From NCBI GenBank assembly GCA_973895155.1, contig OZ316891.1, forward strand, positions 6,605,708 through 6,669,707: a DNA stretch of 64,000 nucleotides, read 5' to 3'. Below are positions 25,666 through 35,962 of this stretch, in pieces. A program made the translations under genes and the position numbers. This DNA comes from Marsupella aquatica. Lineage: Eukaryota; Plantae; Marchantiophyta. The number at the start of each line of letters is the position of its first letter. Within the stretch, counting starts at the first letter, position 1. The notes under the pieces were generated by a model. That model was not told where the DNA came from, did no database searches, and saw only the letters and a list, made by a program, of their open reading frames with translations.

Positions 25666-26414
25666 GCTAGAGATAAACTAGATAATTGCTATAGAAATTG
25701 GTAGGGTTATGGGTTTAGGGTTTTCTGCCCCCAAAACCTGGCCTGATCTATCCTTAACCAAAGCTCAGACCAATAGAAATATTAGCAAGGAGGAGCTCAA
25801 GAGACTTGGAGAGAGGGAGAGCGAGAGGAAGAGCAAGAGGAACAGAGAACAACATGACAACAAAAATGAAACTAGTAAAATGATCCTCGCAACTGGGAAC
25901 AAAGGATTATATGCCACCGACTGACTCACGAGAGGGCCCAACAATCTGCGTACGGATTTGTGTACGGATTGCTTTAACTGCACACCAAGGGCATACGGGT
26001 TGCATTAAATGCTTTATCATACCTGACACACTTATGCCTCTCTCATACTTGTATCTACCTAGTGTTGCCTTTGGACATGACATACGGTGCGTTGAGGAGA
26101 TTTGAATTCCGATCATTTGCATTTTTATCTTTCCTCTTTCTTGCAAGAGCTCCTCCCTTCTTGCTCTTGCTTTGAGATCTTGGTTGTAGCCTCTAGATCT
26201 TAGTTTTAGCTTGGGTCGAGATCTATGTGCTAGCCTCAAGATCTTAGTTTTAGCTTGGGTTGAGATCTGTGGGCTAGCCTCGAGATCAATATGGTAGCCA
26301 CATGGTTTTAGTGCTAGACTATAGGGTCAAGATCGGAGTCGAATCAGTTGTCACCACTCATGATCGACCACGTGTCATCCATCAATTGCTTGTTGCGATG
26401 TCCACTCGGAGCAC

Positions 26415-29400
26415 TAGGAGACTCTAGATCATCTTGAGCTTCTTGTCTTGACTTTGGTTTTATAGTGTAGAATATTGAAGCACTTGGAGGCTCTAGATCG
26501 AGCCTCTTGCATGTCTTCATTTTGGTTTAAGAGTGCAAAAATTGAAGCGCTTGGAGGCTCTAGATCATCTCGAGCCTCTTGTCTTGACTTTGGTTTCATA
26601 GGGTAGAAAATTGAAGTGCTCGAAGACTCTAGATCATCTCAAGCCTCTTGTCTTGACTTTGCTTTTATAATGTAGAAAATTGTAGCACTTGGAGGCTCTA
26701 GATCACCTTCAGCCTCTTGTTCTGCCTTTTATTTTAGAGTGCAGAAAATTAAAGTGCTCGGAGGCTCTAGATCATCTCAAGCCTATTGTCTTGACTTTGG
26801 TTTTAGAGTCCAAAAACTTCAAGCGCTCGGAGGCTCTAGATCATCTCGAGCCTCTTGTCTTGACTTTGGTTTTAGAGTGCACAAAATTGAAGTGCTTGGA
26901 GGCTCTCTAGATCATCTTGAGCCTCTTGTCCTTAGTTTGGTTTTACAATGTAGAAAATTTCTTGGAGGCTCTAGATCATCTCGAGCCTCTTGTCCTTAGT
27001 TTTGTTTTACAGTGTAGAAAACTTCTTGGAGGCTCTAGATCATCTCGAGCCTCTTGTCCTAACTTTGGTTTTAGGGTGCAAAAAATTGAAGCGCTTGGAG
27101 GCCCTAGATCATCTCGAGCCTCTTGTCCTTAGTTTTGTTTTACAGCGTAGAAAACTTCTTGGAGGCCTCTAGATCATCTCGAGCCTCTTGTCCTAACTTT
27201 GATTTTAGGGTGCAAAAAATTGAAACGCTTGGAGGCTCTAGATCATCTCGAGCCTCTTGTCTTGACTTTGGTTTTAGAGTGCACAAAATTGAAGCGCTTG
27301 GAGGCTCTCTAGATCATCTCAAGCTTCTTGTCCTTAGTTTTGTTTTACAATGCAGAAAACTTCTTGGAGGCTCTAGAACATCTCGAGCCTCTTGTCCTTA
27401 GTTTTGTTTTACAGTGTAGAAAACTTCTTGGAGGCTCTAGATCATCTCGAGCCTCTTGTCCTAACTTTGGTTTTAGGGTGCAGAAAATTGAATCGCTCGG
27501 AGGCTCTAGATCATCTCGAGCCTCTTGTCCTTAGTTTGGTTTTATAGTGTAGAAAACTTCTTGGACGCTCTAGATCATCTCGAGCCTCTTGTCCTGACTT
27601 TGGGTTTAGGGTGCAGAAAATTGAAGCGCTCAGAGGCTCTAGATCATCTTGAGCCTCTTGTCCTGACTTTGGTTTATAGTGTAGAAAATTTCTTGGAGGC
27701 TCAGATCATCTCGAGCCTCTTGTCCTTAGTTTGGTTTTCTAGTGTAGAAAACTTCTTGGAGGCTCTAGATCATCTCGAGCCTCTTGTCCTGACTTTGGTT
27801 TTAGAGTGCAAAAAGTTGAAGCGCTCGGAGGCTCTAGATCATCTTGAGCCTTTTGTCCTTAGTTTTGTTTTACAATGTTGAAAACTGCGTGGAGACTCAA
27901 GATCATCTTAAGCCTCTTGTCTTGACTTTGGTTTTAGAGTGCAGAAAATTGAAGCCCTCATAGGCTCTAGATCATCTCGAGCCTCTTGTCTCGACTTTGG
28001 TTTTAGAGTGCAGAAAATTAAACTGCTCTGAGGCTCTAGATCATCTCGAGCCTCTTGTCCTGCCTTTGGTTTGAAAGTGCACAAAATTAAAATGCTTGGA
28101 GTCTCTAGATCATCTCGAGACTCTTGTCCTGACTTTAGTTTTAGAGTGCAGACAATTAAAGTCCTCGGAGGATCTAGATCATCTTGAGCCTCTTGTCTTG
28201 ACTTTGGTTTTAGAGTCCAAAAACTTCAAGCGCTCGGAGTCTCTAGATCATCTCAAGCCTCTTGTGCTGACTTTGGTTTTAGAGTGCACAAAATTGAAGC
28301 GCTTTTAGATGCAGCCTGTGGGAGGGAGCCTGTGGGAGTGGCGCAGCTTTTTGTCTTGCACCAGATTCTCTGGAGGCTCTGGATTGGGAGAAACACTCAC
28401 ATGTTTCAGACGGGGGGGGGAGACGTGTGTTTGACCTGGGACTTGTCCTGTCGGAGGCAGTGGAGAACTTATTCGCTACTGGTCGGCGTTGCCCCCATGG
28501 TAGGAGGTGCACTCGCCTGCTATGGGCCAAATCATGTATTGATGGGCTTTGCAGGAGCTGGCTCGATGGTGGGGGGACCAGTTTCACTTCCGCTGGATGA
28601 CTCTGATTTTTCTGTGAGGTTGGAACGTTGAGACCAATGAATGTATGGTTCTGGGGGCAGGGATGCCCTATGGCTGGTTATTAGGTTGTGTGGTCGTCCT
28701 CTTTTGCTGTTAGGTATCGCCGGGGAGGTTAATTCCTTGCCTGATGTGGGATTAAGGTGATTTTTTGAGGTTTGGTCCTCTGTTCTGTCTTGGCTGTCTC
28801 CCGTGAATATGATCTGTTTGTGCGCCCTCCCCGTGGGGCTTTTCGCAGGGGAACTGAAATTTATAAAATGGCTACCATTCCAAGGAAAATTGAAGTGCTT
28901 GGAGGCTCTCTAGATCATCTCGAGCCTCTTGTCCTTAGTTTGGTTTTACAGTGTAGAAAACTTCTGGGAGGCTCTAGATCATCTCGAGCCTCTTGGCCTG
29001 ACTTTGGTTTTAGAGTGCAAAAAATTGAAGCGCTTGGAGGCTCTAGATCATCTGAAACCTCTTGTCCTAACTTTGGTTTTAGAGTGCAAAAAATTGAAGC
29101 GCTCGAAGGCTCTAGATCATCTCAAGCCTTTTATCTTGACTTTGGTTTTAGAGTGTAGAAAATTAAAGCGTTTGGAGGTTCTAGATCATCTCGAGCCTCT
29201 TGTCCTGCCTTTGGTTTTAGACTGCACAAAATTAAAGCGCTTGGACCGAGGCTCTAGATCATCTTGAGCCTCTTGTCTTGACTTTAGTGTGAGAGTGCAT
29301 AAAATTGAAGCGATTGGAGGCTCTAGATTGTATAAAGCCTCTTGTCTTGACTTCTGTTTTAGAGTGCAAAAAATTGAAATAGTCTAAGGCTCTAGATCAT

Positions 29401-29760
29401 CTCGAGTCTCTTGTCTTGACTTCTGTTTTAGAGTCCAAAAACTTCAAGTGCTCGGAGGCTCTAGATAGTCTCGAGACTCTTAGCTTGTCCTGACTTTGGT
29501 TTTAGACTGTGGAAATTGAAGCGCCTGAAGGCTCTTGATCATCTCAAGCCTCTTGTCCTAACTTTGGTTTTAGAGTGCTGAAAATTGAAAGCGCTTGGAG
29601 GCTCTAGCTCATCTCGAGCTTCTTGTCTTTGACTTTGGTTTTAGAGTGCAAAAAATTGAAGTGCATGGAGGCTCTAGATCATCTCGAGCCTCTTGTCCTT
29701 ACTCTGATTTTAGAGTCCTGAAAACTATTAGCACTTGGAGGCTATCGATCATCTGGAGTC
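26415..29760 (+). repeat. ~62-bp satellite (~40+ copies) with hairpin core ggaggctctagatcatctcgagcctc
   Basis: The unit ggaggctctagatcatctcgagcctcttgtc(c/t)tgactttggttttagagtgcaaaaaattgaagcgctt repeats throughout, interrupted at 28305-28885. Confidence 0.9.
28305..28885 (+). mobile_element. 5'-truncated L1-type LINE 3' end inserted in the satellite
   Basis: QILWRLWIGRNTHMF matches the L1 ORF2 C-terminal WxxWxxRNxxxF motif, followed by a 3'UTR-like stretch. Flanked by aaaattgaag(c/t)gctt direct repeats (candidate TSD). Confidence 0.65.
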
Positions 29761-30571
29761 CAAAAGATTCAAAGGGGTTTTGCTTTAGGTCTTTTGTGGA
29801 GCCAAGTTATTATGATAATTGTTGTACCTGTCCTATAAGTTCTGGAATATAGTGTCGTAGGTGGTGTGCAACCGAGGTATGAAATTTGATTTTTCAAGGT
29901 CTGGACTTGCTTGCTCAAATGATTTCTACCAACTAAGAGAGTCATGAGTGTAATATTTAGTCAAAGATAAACCCTCCATTTGGGTCTAGACTATCTCAAC
30001 CATCTAAGTATGATAAATATAAGTTCTTACATAGATAGGAGATTAGGGTGGTTGCAATCTCTACCCTTAATTAATAAGGACAAATGACCATTCATCACTT
30101 GCTACCCTTGACAGTCAAACTACCATATTTACTAGTGTTACTTAGGGTAGAGACGATTGACTAAACTGATATAGTGATTCATGTATTTTCAATAATTTTA
30201 ATTTAATATATTGTATATAGATTGTTATATTCTATTCATTGATATGCTTTTTTAGACTATATAATAATAATGATACTATATAGTATAATAATATAACTTT
30301 CTATTATATGAATATTAATTAATTATAAATTACTATTTAGTTATTTAATAATTTAGGTACAAGAAGTGTAATTTTAGACCACAAAAAGTGTACATTTGGC
30401 CTACCAAATATATACTTTTGGGGCAAATTTTGTGAAATTTTGGGTAGCAAAATAATACTTTTGAGCATCAACTTTTGGACTCTAGAAATTCCAGTTTTAA
30501 TGAATAGAGTGATTTTTGGGTTCAAAAACATATCTATAAATTGTACTAAAATACACCATGTTTTTTATCAG

Positions 30572-30772
30572 GTGCCACAACAACCAAATACCACAGATTG
30601 TGGTTTATTTGTCCTGCACAACATGGATGAAATTAGAGTTCGATGGAATAATTCAAAATCTGTATCCGCAGAGTCTTTATTTACAAGAGATTGGTACAAC
30701 CCCACACAAGCATGTCATCTGCGAAAGGTGATCAGAGATAGAGTTATGAAATTAATGCATGTATCAGCCTAG
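30572..30772 (+). CDS. Ulp1 protease terminal exon (oxyanion Gln and catalytic Cys)
   Basis: Acceptor ttttttatcAG then VPQQPNTTDCGLFVLHNM; phase 0, matching the donor at 23002. Confidence 0.85.
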   Translation: MPQQPNTTDCGLFVLHNMDEIRVRWNNSKSVSAESLFTRDWYNPTQACHLRKVIRDRVMKLMHVSA

Positions 30773-30791
30773 TTTAATTAGTAAATGAAAC

Positions 30792-33700
30792 TCAATCTTC
30801 TGAAGATACAGAACCTCGCTCTAAAATAGCAGCCTCTATGATCTTCTTTATTTTTGCTGCTATTTGGTTATTTGTCAAAAGTGCAAAATTGTATGCATAT
30901 ATCGCTATTGACGACAAAACTAGTTCATCTTGATGAAGTCTATTAGATACATTATCTTTTTCTGGAAAATATTTTCCATCAATTGCAGTCTCAGCACTTG
31001 CCTCAGTTGTGTACCACGTGATTTTGATTCTTTTCGGAATGTCTTCTCTTTTTGTCAAAATCTTTTCGACACCTTTGCCATCCAAAATAACTTGCCTTCT
31101 GGATCTTTGTGTGCTGCTACGCATATCATTGACCATTTGTTGTTCACTTCCATATCTTTGAAATCCCCAAGTTCAGGTTGCTTTCGCCGAGGACCTGAGT
31201 ACATAATCCTCTGTGGTCCTGCAACTTTATCAACTAGAGTTGGGTCAACATCTTCGGACGTCAAAATCTGATTTGTTGACACACCACCAAGTCCACGCCT
31301 TTCATTTTGTTGTGGCCAAACCCATTCAAATAACCACTCACCCTCCTCTAAGTGGTTTTTGATAACATCATTTTGCTTCTCAAAGAATGTCATCCACCAT
31401 AGTTTATCTTCATCGTCAAAGTAATTGAATCCCTCTTGAATTGCTTTTTGATATTTCACCAGAATGGATAATGCACCATTTGAGTCCATCAGATCATCAT
31501 CTCGTTCAACACCTTTTGCTGACTTTAGTGACATCTGTGCTGCAACCCACATTCTTGAAGTGGGGATGTAGTTGACAAATGCTACCACGTCTCCCCAATC
31601 AGAGGTTGTAGATAGATGTTTCCCATGAAACATGGTCACTTCGTTATCATCTACAATGCCTCGCTTGAATCTGAATTGCCTTTGAAAAGTTATGAGGTTG
31701 AGATCTCTCAAAACTCGACCTGAAACTCCGTTGTCATTTGGTTGGTCGGTCTCATTCACAAATTTTCTGAAGTCTGCAACTTCATCCACAAAAATTACAT
31801 CTGCTTGAGGAGAATATGCCCATTGTATAATATCCACAAGAGTATCTAAGCGAAATGCTTTATGCTTGTTTAATCTAGATGAGAACTTGCTAAACATCTT
31901 ATCTATTTGGTCATGCGTATGACCAACCAACAAAAAACCAACTTTTATCTTGTCAAAAACCTTTAAATCTACCAACATGTGTAGATAAGCCATCAAGAAT
32001 TTATTCTTGTTCTCCCTAGTGGTATTATCCAATTGAAGATATAATACCCGTGGCAATATCCCATCCCATGTATTCAAAATATTTTGAATAACATGAATGG
32101 TGAGATAATTTGCATCATTGTGGATGTTGGGGTAGGTCAGAAAAACTTTTGCCGCAAGCTTTCTATTAAAGATAAGACAACCCACAACATGGATAGGGAT
32201 GAAATATTTCTCATCCATGTTCTTTGGACAACGAATAAAATGTGGTAGCTCAGTTTTCTTTTGATCCATACTGTCAATACAAATACCCAAATACTTGTTG
32301 GGTTCATCATAGCATTTCTTTCGATGCTTTGCCAACTTCATCCTCTCGAGTGATTGTACTCTTCAATGCTCCATAAGAGCGTTGATATACTTTCCTGCAA
32401 TAATACAATCATGTGTAATCAATAAATTATCTATTCATCATTGTGTCTAACTTATCACTATCTTACTTAGACACAAATGTGAGGTTACAATGAACTTACT
32501 TTTATCTTCTTCTGTCGTTGCTTTGTCTCGAAGAGCCTTGAATTCGGTACATGGACCACAAGTGGAAAAACAACTCCTTTTGGGAATCCGCACATTTGAA
32601 AACTTCTTCTTCCAAACGCGCAAGAAATAAGAATATGTAACATATTGCTCTTCCCGCAAGATTGTTTCGGCAAGAAAGATTTCATGAATCTCTTGCTTTG
32701 TCCAATTGTTTGGCAAGTGATGAATTTCTTTATGAGGAAGACTATCCATGTTTCTTTGAAAGAAATCTTTCAACCATTCCACCAAGTTGAGAAATGAAGG
32801 TGAGTCTTCCTTACAGAATGTATCTCGTTCAATCCTGGTGAACATGTTTGCATGGATTGTAGCCAACCTATTATTCCCTATGGAATATAATTTCTTGAAA
32901 CCTCCTCTACAAATAGTTTGTCCATTCACACTATATCCACGGGAAGTATTATAATTACTCATAATACATCCTCGCAAAAGAATGTTTTTTTGTGAGTGTG
33001 AGAGACCAAAATAATACTTACGTTGTTTCCAACATTCTTCTAGACCTAAAGACCTCAAGCAAAACTTGTCACAACAAGAATACTTAAAAATATCTTTAAT
33101 TTTTTGTTTTTTCAAGTTCGCATTGATAAGCCTATCTTTTCGAATCATCTGGTCTCTAATTTTTTTGCTTGGTCTTCTCACCTCTATTCTATCTTGTATT
33201 GTGTTGGGAGAATTCACTCCTCCACTAGTTTCCATGGGACTCATTGAACTTAAAACAAAAGTATCTTGATTTTCTCCGGTATTAGTTTCACTCTCTACAT
33301 TTTCTAAGACTGGTTCGTGAGCACTCTCGCGACCAAGGATCTCTTTAACAATATTTGAGATTTCAACAGTCCCTATGGCATCCTCTACGACATCGGCTGG
33401 TACCTCCGATTCTTCTTCAGATTCTTCTGGAAAAGCAATTGGTACCCGAAGATTTCTTGTCTGAAATCTTCTACCGATATTCCTTGCTTCTATCGGAGTA
33501 TCCCCCACTTGTCTCTGAAAGTGTGATCCTTGCCTTGGTGTCTCATCTCGACTAGAGGGATCATCCTGACCATTGAATAGTCTTTGAACAACCTTCAATT
33601 TTCCTTCTAGCCTTGAATTTTCGGGGCAAGTTTGTGGCAACGCACTTTGCAACAATCTGTGAGGCATTTGATGGACACCTGCAGCATTTGTGACACTTGA

Positions 33701-34885
33701 TCTCCTTCCTCCCTTTTGAAATGGTCGTCCTACCAAAGATCCAGCAACCTCACACTGCATTCGAGCCAAAGGGCTTCGAAGCCCAAAGTTGATGTTTGAT
33801 TGACCACTAGGCGAAATCACCGATGGGAACACGGAATGGGATCCATGGATCCCAACTCGTATTCGTCCACTTGGACTTCGAAGTGACAGCTGCCCCACTT
33901 GTGGTTCTATGGTAGCGCTTGACAATTGACCATTGTGTAAAACAAAGTGGGATCCACGGATCCCCTGTCTCATTCCTCCACCCAAAGCGACTAACAAAGT
34001 TTGTCCGCTTTGCAATTCGGGCTCAACATTTGGTAAAATTCCAGGAGGGGATACCAAGTGGGATCCGCGGATCCCCTTCCGCATTCCTCTCCCCGAATCA
34101 GCAGGCAATGGTTTTTCGCTTCGCATTTCGGGCTCACCATTTGGTAAAATTCTAGGAGGGGATACCAAGTGGGATCCACGGATCCCATTTTGCATTCCTC
34201 CCACCAAATCAGTAGGCGAAGGTTGCCCGATTTGCAATTCTGGCTCGCCATTTGGCAAAATTCCAGGAGGGAATACCAAATGGGATCCACGGATCCCACT
34301 TGGTATTCCACTAATGGCATTTGGTAGCGAAGGAGATGAAATTGGCAATTCACGCTCTCCATTCCGCAAACTTCGAGTAGGGATCCCTCTGGGTATTCTT
34401 CGTGCGGCTGGCACTTCTAGCACCGTCGAACTTCTCATTCGCTCAAACTGCGATTGCACACTAGACAAAGCTATCTGGACTCCAGGAGGACGCGACATTG
34501 GGAAAACCAGAGGAGATCTCTTGGCGGGCCTACATAGCAACATTGTTCTTGGCATTATAAACCGAGGCCGACGCTTGGGTACATCTGGAGGGGTTCACGG
34601 TGAACTAGTCTGACCTAAGGGTATGACAGTGGACTTTCTCCCAAGCAAACGTCGTTTAAGCGGTTTGCTTGGAGAAACATAATAAGGTGTTGGAGCTCCA
34701 ACAACACTTCTCCCACACTCGGAATCAGGCCCTGAACTCTCTGAATCTGATGAAAATGACATCTCTGGCAAAACTCTTTGTGAGACTGGAAGCTCCTTCA
34801 TCAAACGAGATGGAATGAATTTTTGAACAACATCTGGCGAAGATGCATCAGAACTATAAATAGACTCGTCACCTGAAGATGCCAT
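30792..34885 (-). pseudogene. Sola-like (DUF7869-type) DDD transposase of the large element, with stops and frameshifts
   Basis: ATG at 34885, frame break ~34590, long ORF to the donor at 32499, intron 32499-32395, TGA at 32365-32363, ORF 32341-31055, frameshifted tail to 30792. Motifs SCCDKFCL, ICRGGF, WKKKFSNVRIPK, FSTCGPC, ICIDSMDQKK, YLQLDNTTRENKN, FLLVGHTHDQIDKMFS. Superfamily assignment is from recalled motifs. Confidence 0.8.
33825..34310. repeat. Palindrome array 4 (type B, GGGATCC-RY-GGATCCC), 5 copies at a 111-bp period, translated as 37-aa repeats in the transposase N-terminus
   Basis: Cores at ~33838, 33949, 34060, 34170 and 34282; protein repeat GI(R/H)GSH(L/F/S)VxPPGILPNxEPExxxxx. 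Confidence 0.85.
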
Positions 34886-35009
34886 TGAGATAGTATCAAG
34901 GTTCTATAGGAGTAAGGATTCCTATGGGGAGTGGACCGTTCCAGTGACTCCAATCTAGGAAAATAGAGACTCAATATTTGAGAACCTAAAATGAGTCATA
35001 AAAAATGAA

Positions 35010-35041
35010 GACGGAATCACATGCGAGCTTGTTCTTATATA
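35010..35041 (-). promoter_or_regulatory. Candidate TATA box of the transposase gene
   Basis: Minus-strand TATATAAG at 35041-35034, with tcattt ~30 nt downstream and the ATG at 34885. Confidence 0.4.
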
Positions 35042-35164
35042 GTTTTTGGGAAGATGTCCACGTGGCTTCCATTCATTGGTCCGTACAAATTTTTAAATGT
35101 GAACAAAATTGATCTTTGAGAGAAAAGAGTATTCCAAAATTGTTTGTTTCTTGAGTTGGATCGG

Positions 35165-35360
35165 ACAATGGGATCCATGGATCCCGATTGGTATTCAAAC
35201 ATTGATTTAGCAACGCGGGGGTTTGACAAGGGCAAATTTGGAAGGGTGAATACCAAATGGGATCCGTGGATCCCATTTCGTATTCACCCCGACTTTTGGC
35301 TTAGCTCTTTTTGGACTTGGGAAATAAAATGGGATCCATGGATCCCTGTTGGTATTCATA
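35165..35360. repeat. Palindrome array 5 (type B, 3 copies) upstream of the transposase; a single type-A copy follows at ~35590-35632
   Basis: gggatccatggatccc (35170), gaataccaaatgggatccgtggatcccatttcgtattc (35248) and gggatccatggatccc (35331). Confidence 0.85.
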
Positions 35361-35937
35361 TCTCTAATTTGTTAGATGGAGGGTGGCGGTTGGGAAATAA
35401 ATGGTCTACAGTATGTCCAACCATCTGCTTGGGTTAACTTAACTGACTGCATTTGTCGACCATGGTTGCTAGTAAAGTTTATACAGTACGTCGTTTTACC
35501 TTTGGTAAATATTCAAATCTAGTTTACTCGGTATGGTAACTTAAGGCCCCAAATGATCAACTTAGTGTGTTTTTGTTTGATTTTCCACGGATGAATCTGA
35601 AACGGGATACGGCGTATCCCATTTTGGTTTGAATGATTTGCTTGTCAAATGGAGATTTGTGTTATTGAAGCTTTTCCGGGCGAATTGATTAAGCGCGCGG
35701 AAATAGGACTTGAAAATCATTGTTTTATGGGTTTTGTGTTTGACAAATATTTTTGGGATCAATTGTTCTAAAATCAAAGATTTTAATGATTTTCCATTTT
35801 TTGTCAAAAAGTATCTCAATTTGGAATCGGATGTTGGATCCAATTTTGCATTCATCTAAGAATTTGTGTTTTTGATATCAATTTAAGATATTTTTTGCCG
35901 TTTTTTGCAAAAATCAAAACACACTTCTCGTTTGGTC

Positions 35938-35962
35938 GTCACACTTCTCGTTTGGTCGGTCA
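35938..35962 (-). repeat. Right terminal inverted repeat of the large element
   Basis: gtcacacttctcgtttggtcggtca, preceded by a tandem partial copy at 35920-35937. Confidence 0.85.

Larger units (their letters stand above)
23280..30170. mobile_element. ~7-kb non-coding, repeat-rich insertion in the last intron (23002-30571) of the MTase-Ulp1 gene; class unknown
   Basis: Intron sequence of the same type (tgtacatttgg.. repeats) lies on both sides (23070-23260 and 30350-30560). Contains a ~770-bp direct duplication (23670/24438) and two satellite arrays. Boundaries approximate. Confidence 0.55.
19320..30772 (+). pseudogene. Spliced cargo gene: unknown N-terminus + beta-class amino (N6-adenine/N4-cytosine) DNA methyltransferase + acidic linker + Ulp1/C48 SUMO protease
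   Basis: Exons 19320-20655 (TAG at 20574 reads through as ..QPD[W]ATCKQMFP..), 21112-22229 (frameshift ~21483), 22349-22816 (frameshift ~22772), 22929-23001 and 30572-30772. All introns are GT-AG and phase-compatible. MTase motifs LHCGD, ADIPYG, NPYQKP, WIVDLCAESGST. Ulp1 motifs YLGDEIMEFY, MPIHMSGHWSLVVI, YHLDSL, VPQQPNTTDCGLFVL. Confidence 0.8.
16000..35962. mobile_element. ~20-kb TIR DNA transposon (Sola-like, DUF7869-type DDD transposase) with cargo genes (F-box-like; DNA amino-methyltransferase-Ulp1) and a nested ~7-kb insertion
   Basis: TIRs tgacggaccaaacgagaagtgtgac (16000-16024) and gtcacacttctcgtttggtcggtca (35938-35962), 24/25 match. Extra subterminal copies of the motif at 16026-16038 and 35920-35937. 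One palindrome family is distributed across the element. Transposase motifs at 30792-34885. No clear TSD. Confidence 0.85.

Noticed and set aside
26689-29852. Many ORFs with LEALDHLEPLVL / GGSRSSRASC repeats resembling LRR proteins
   Set aside because: They are translations of the ~62-bp satellite, open in several frames.
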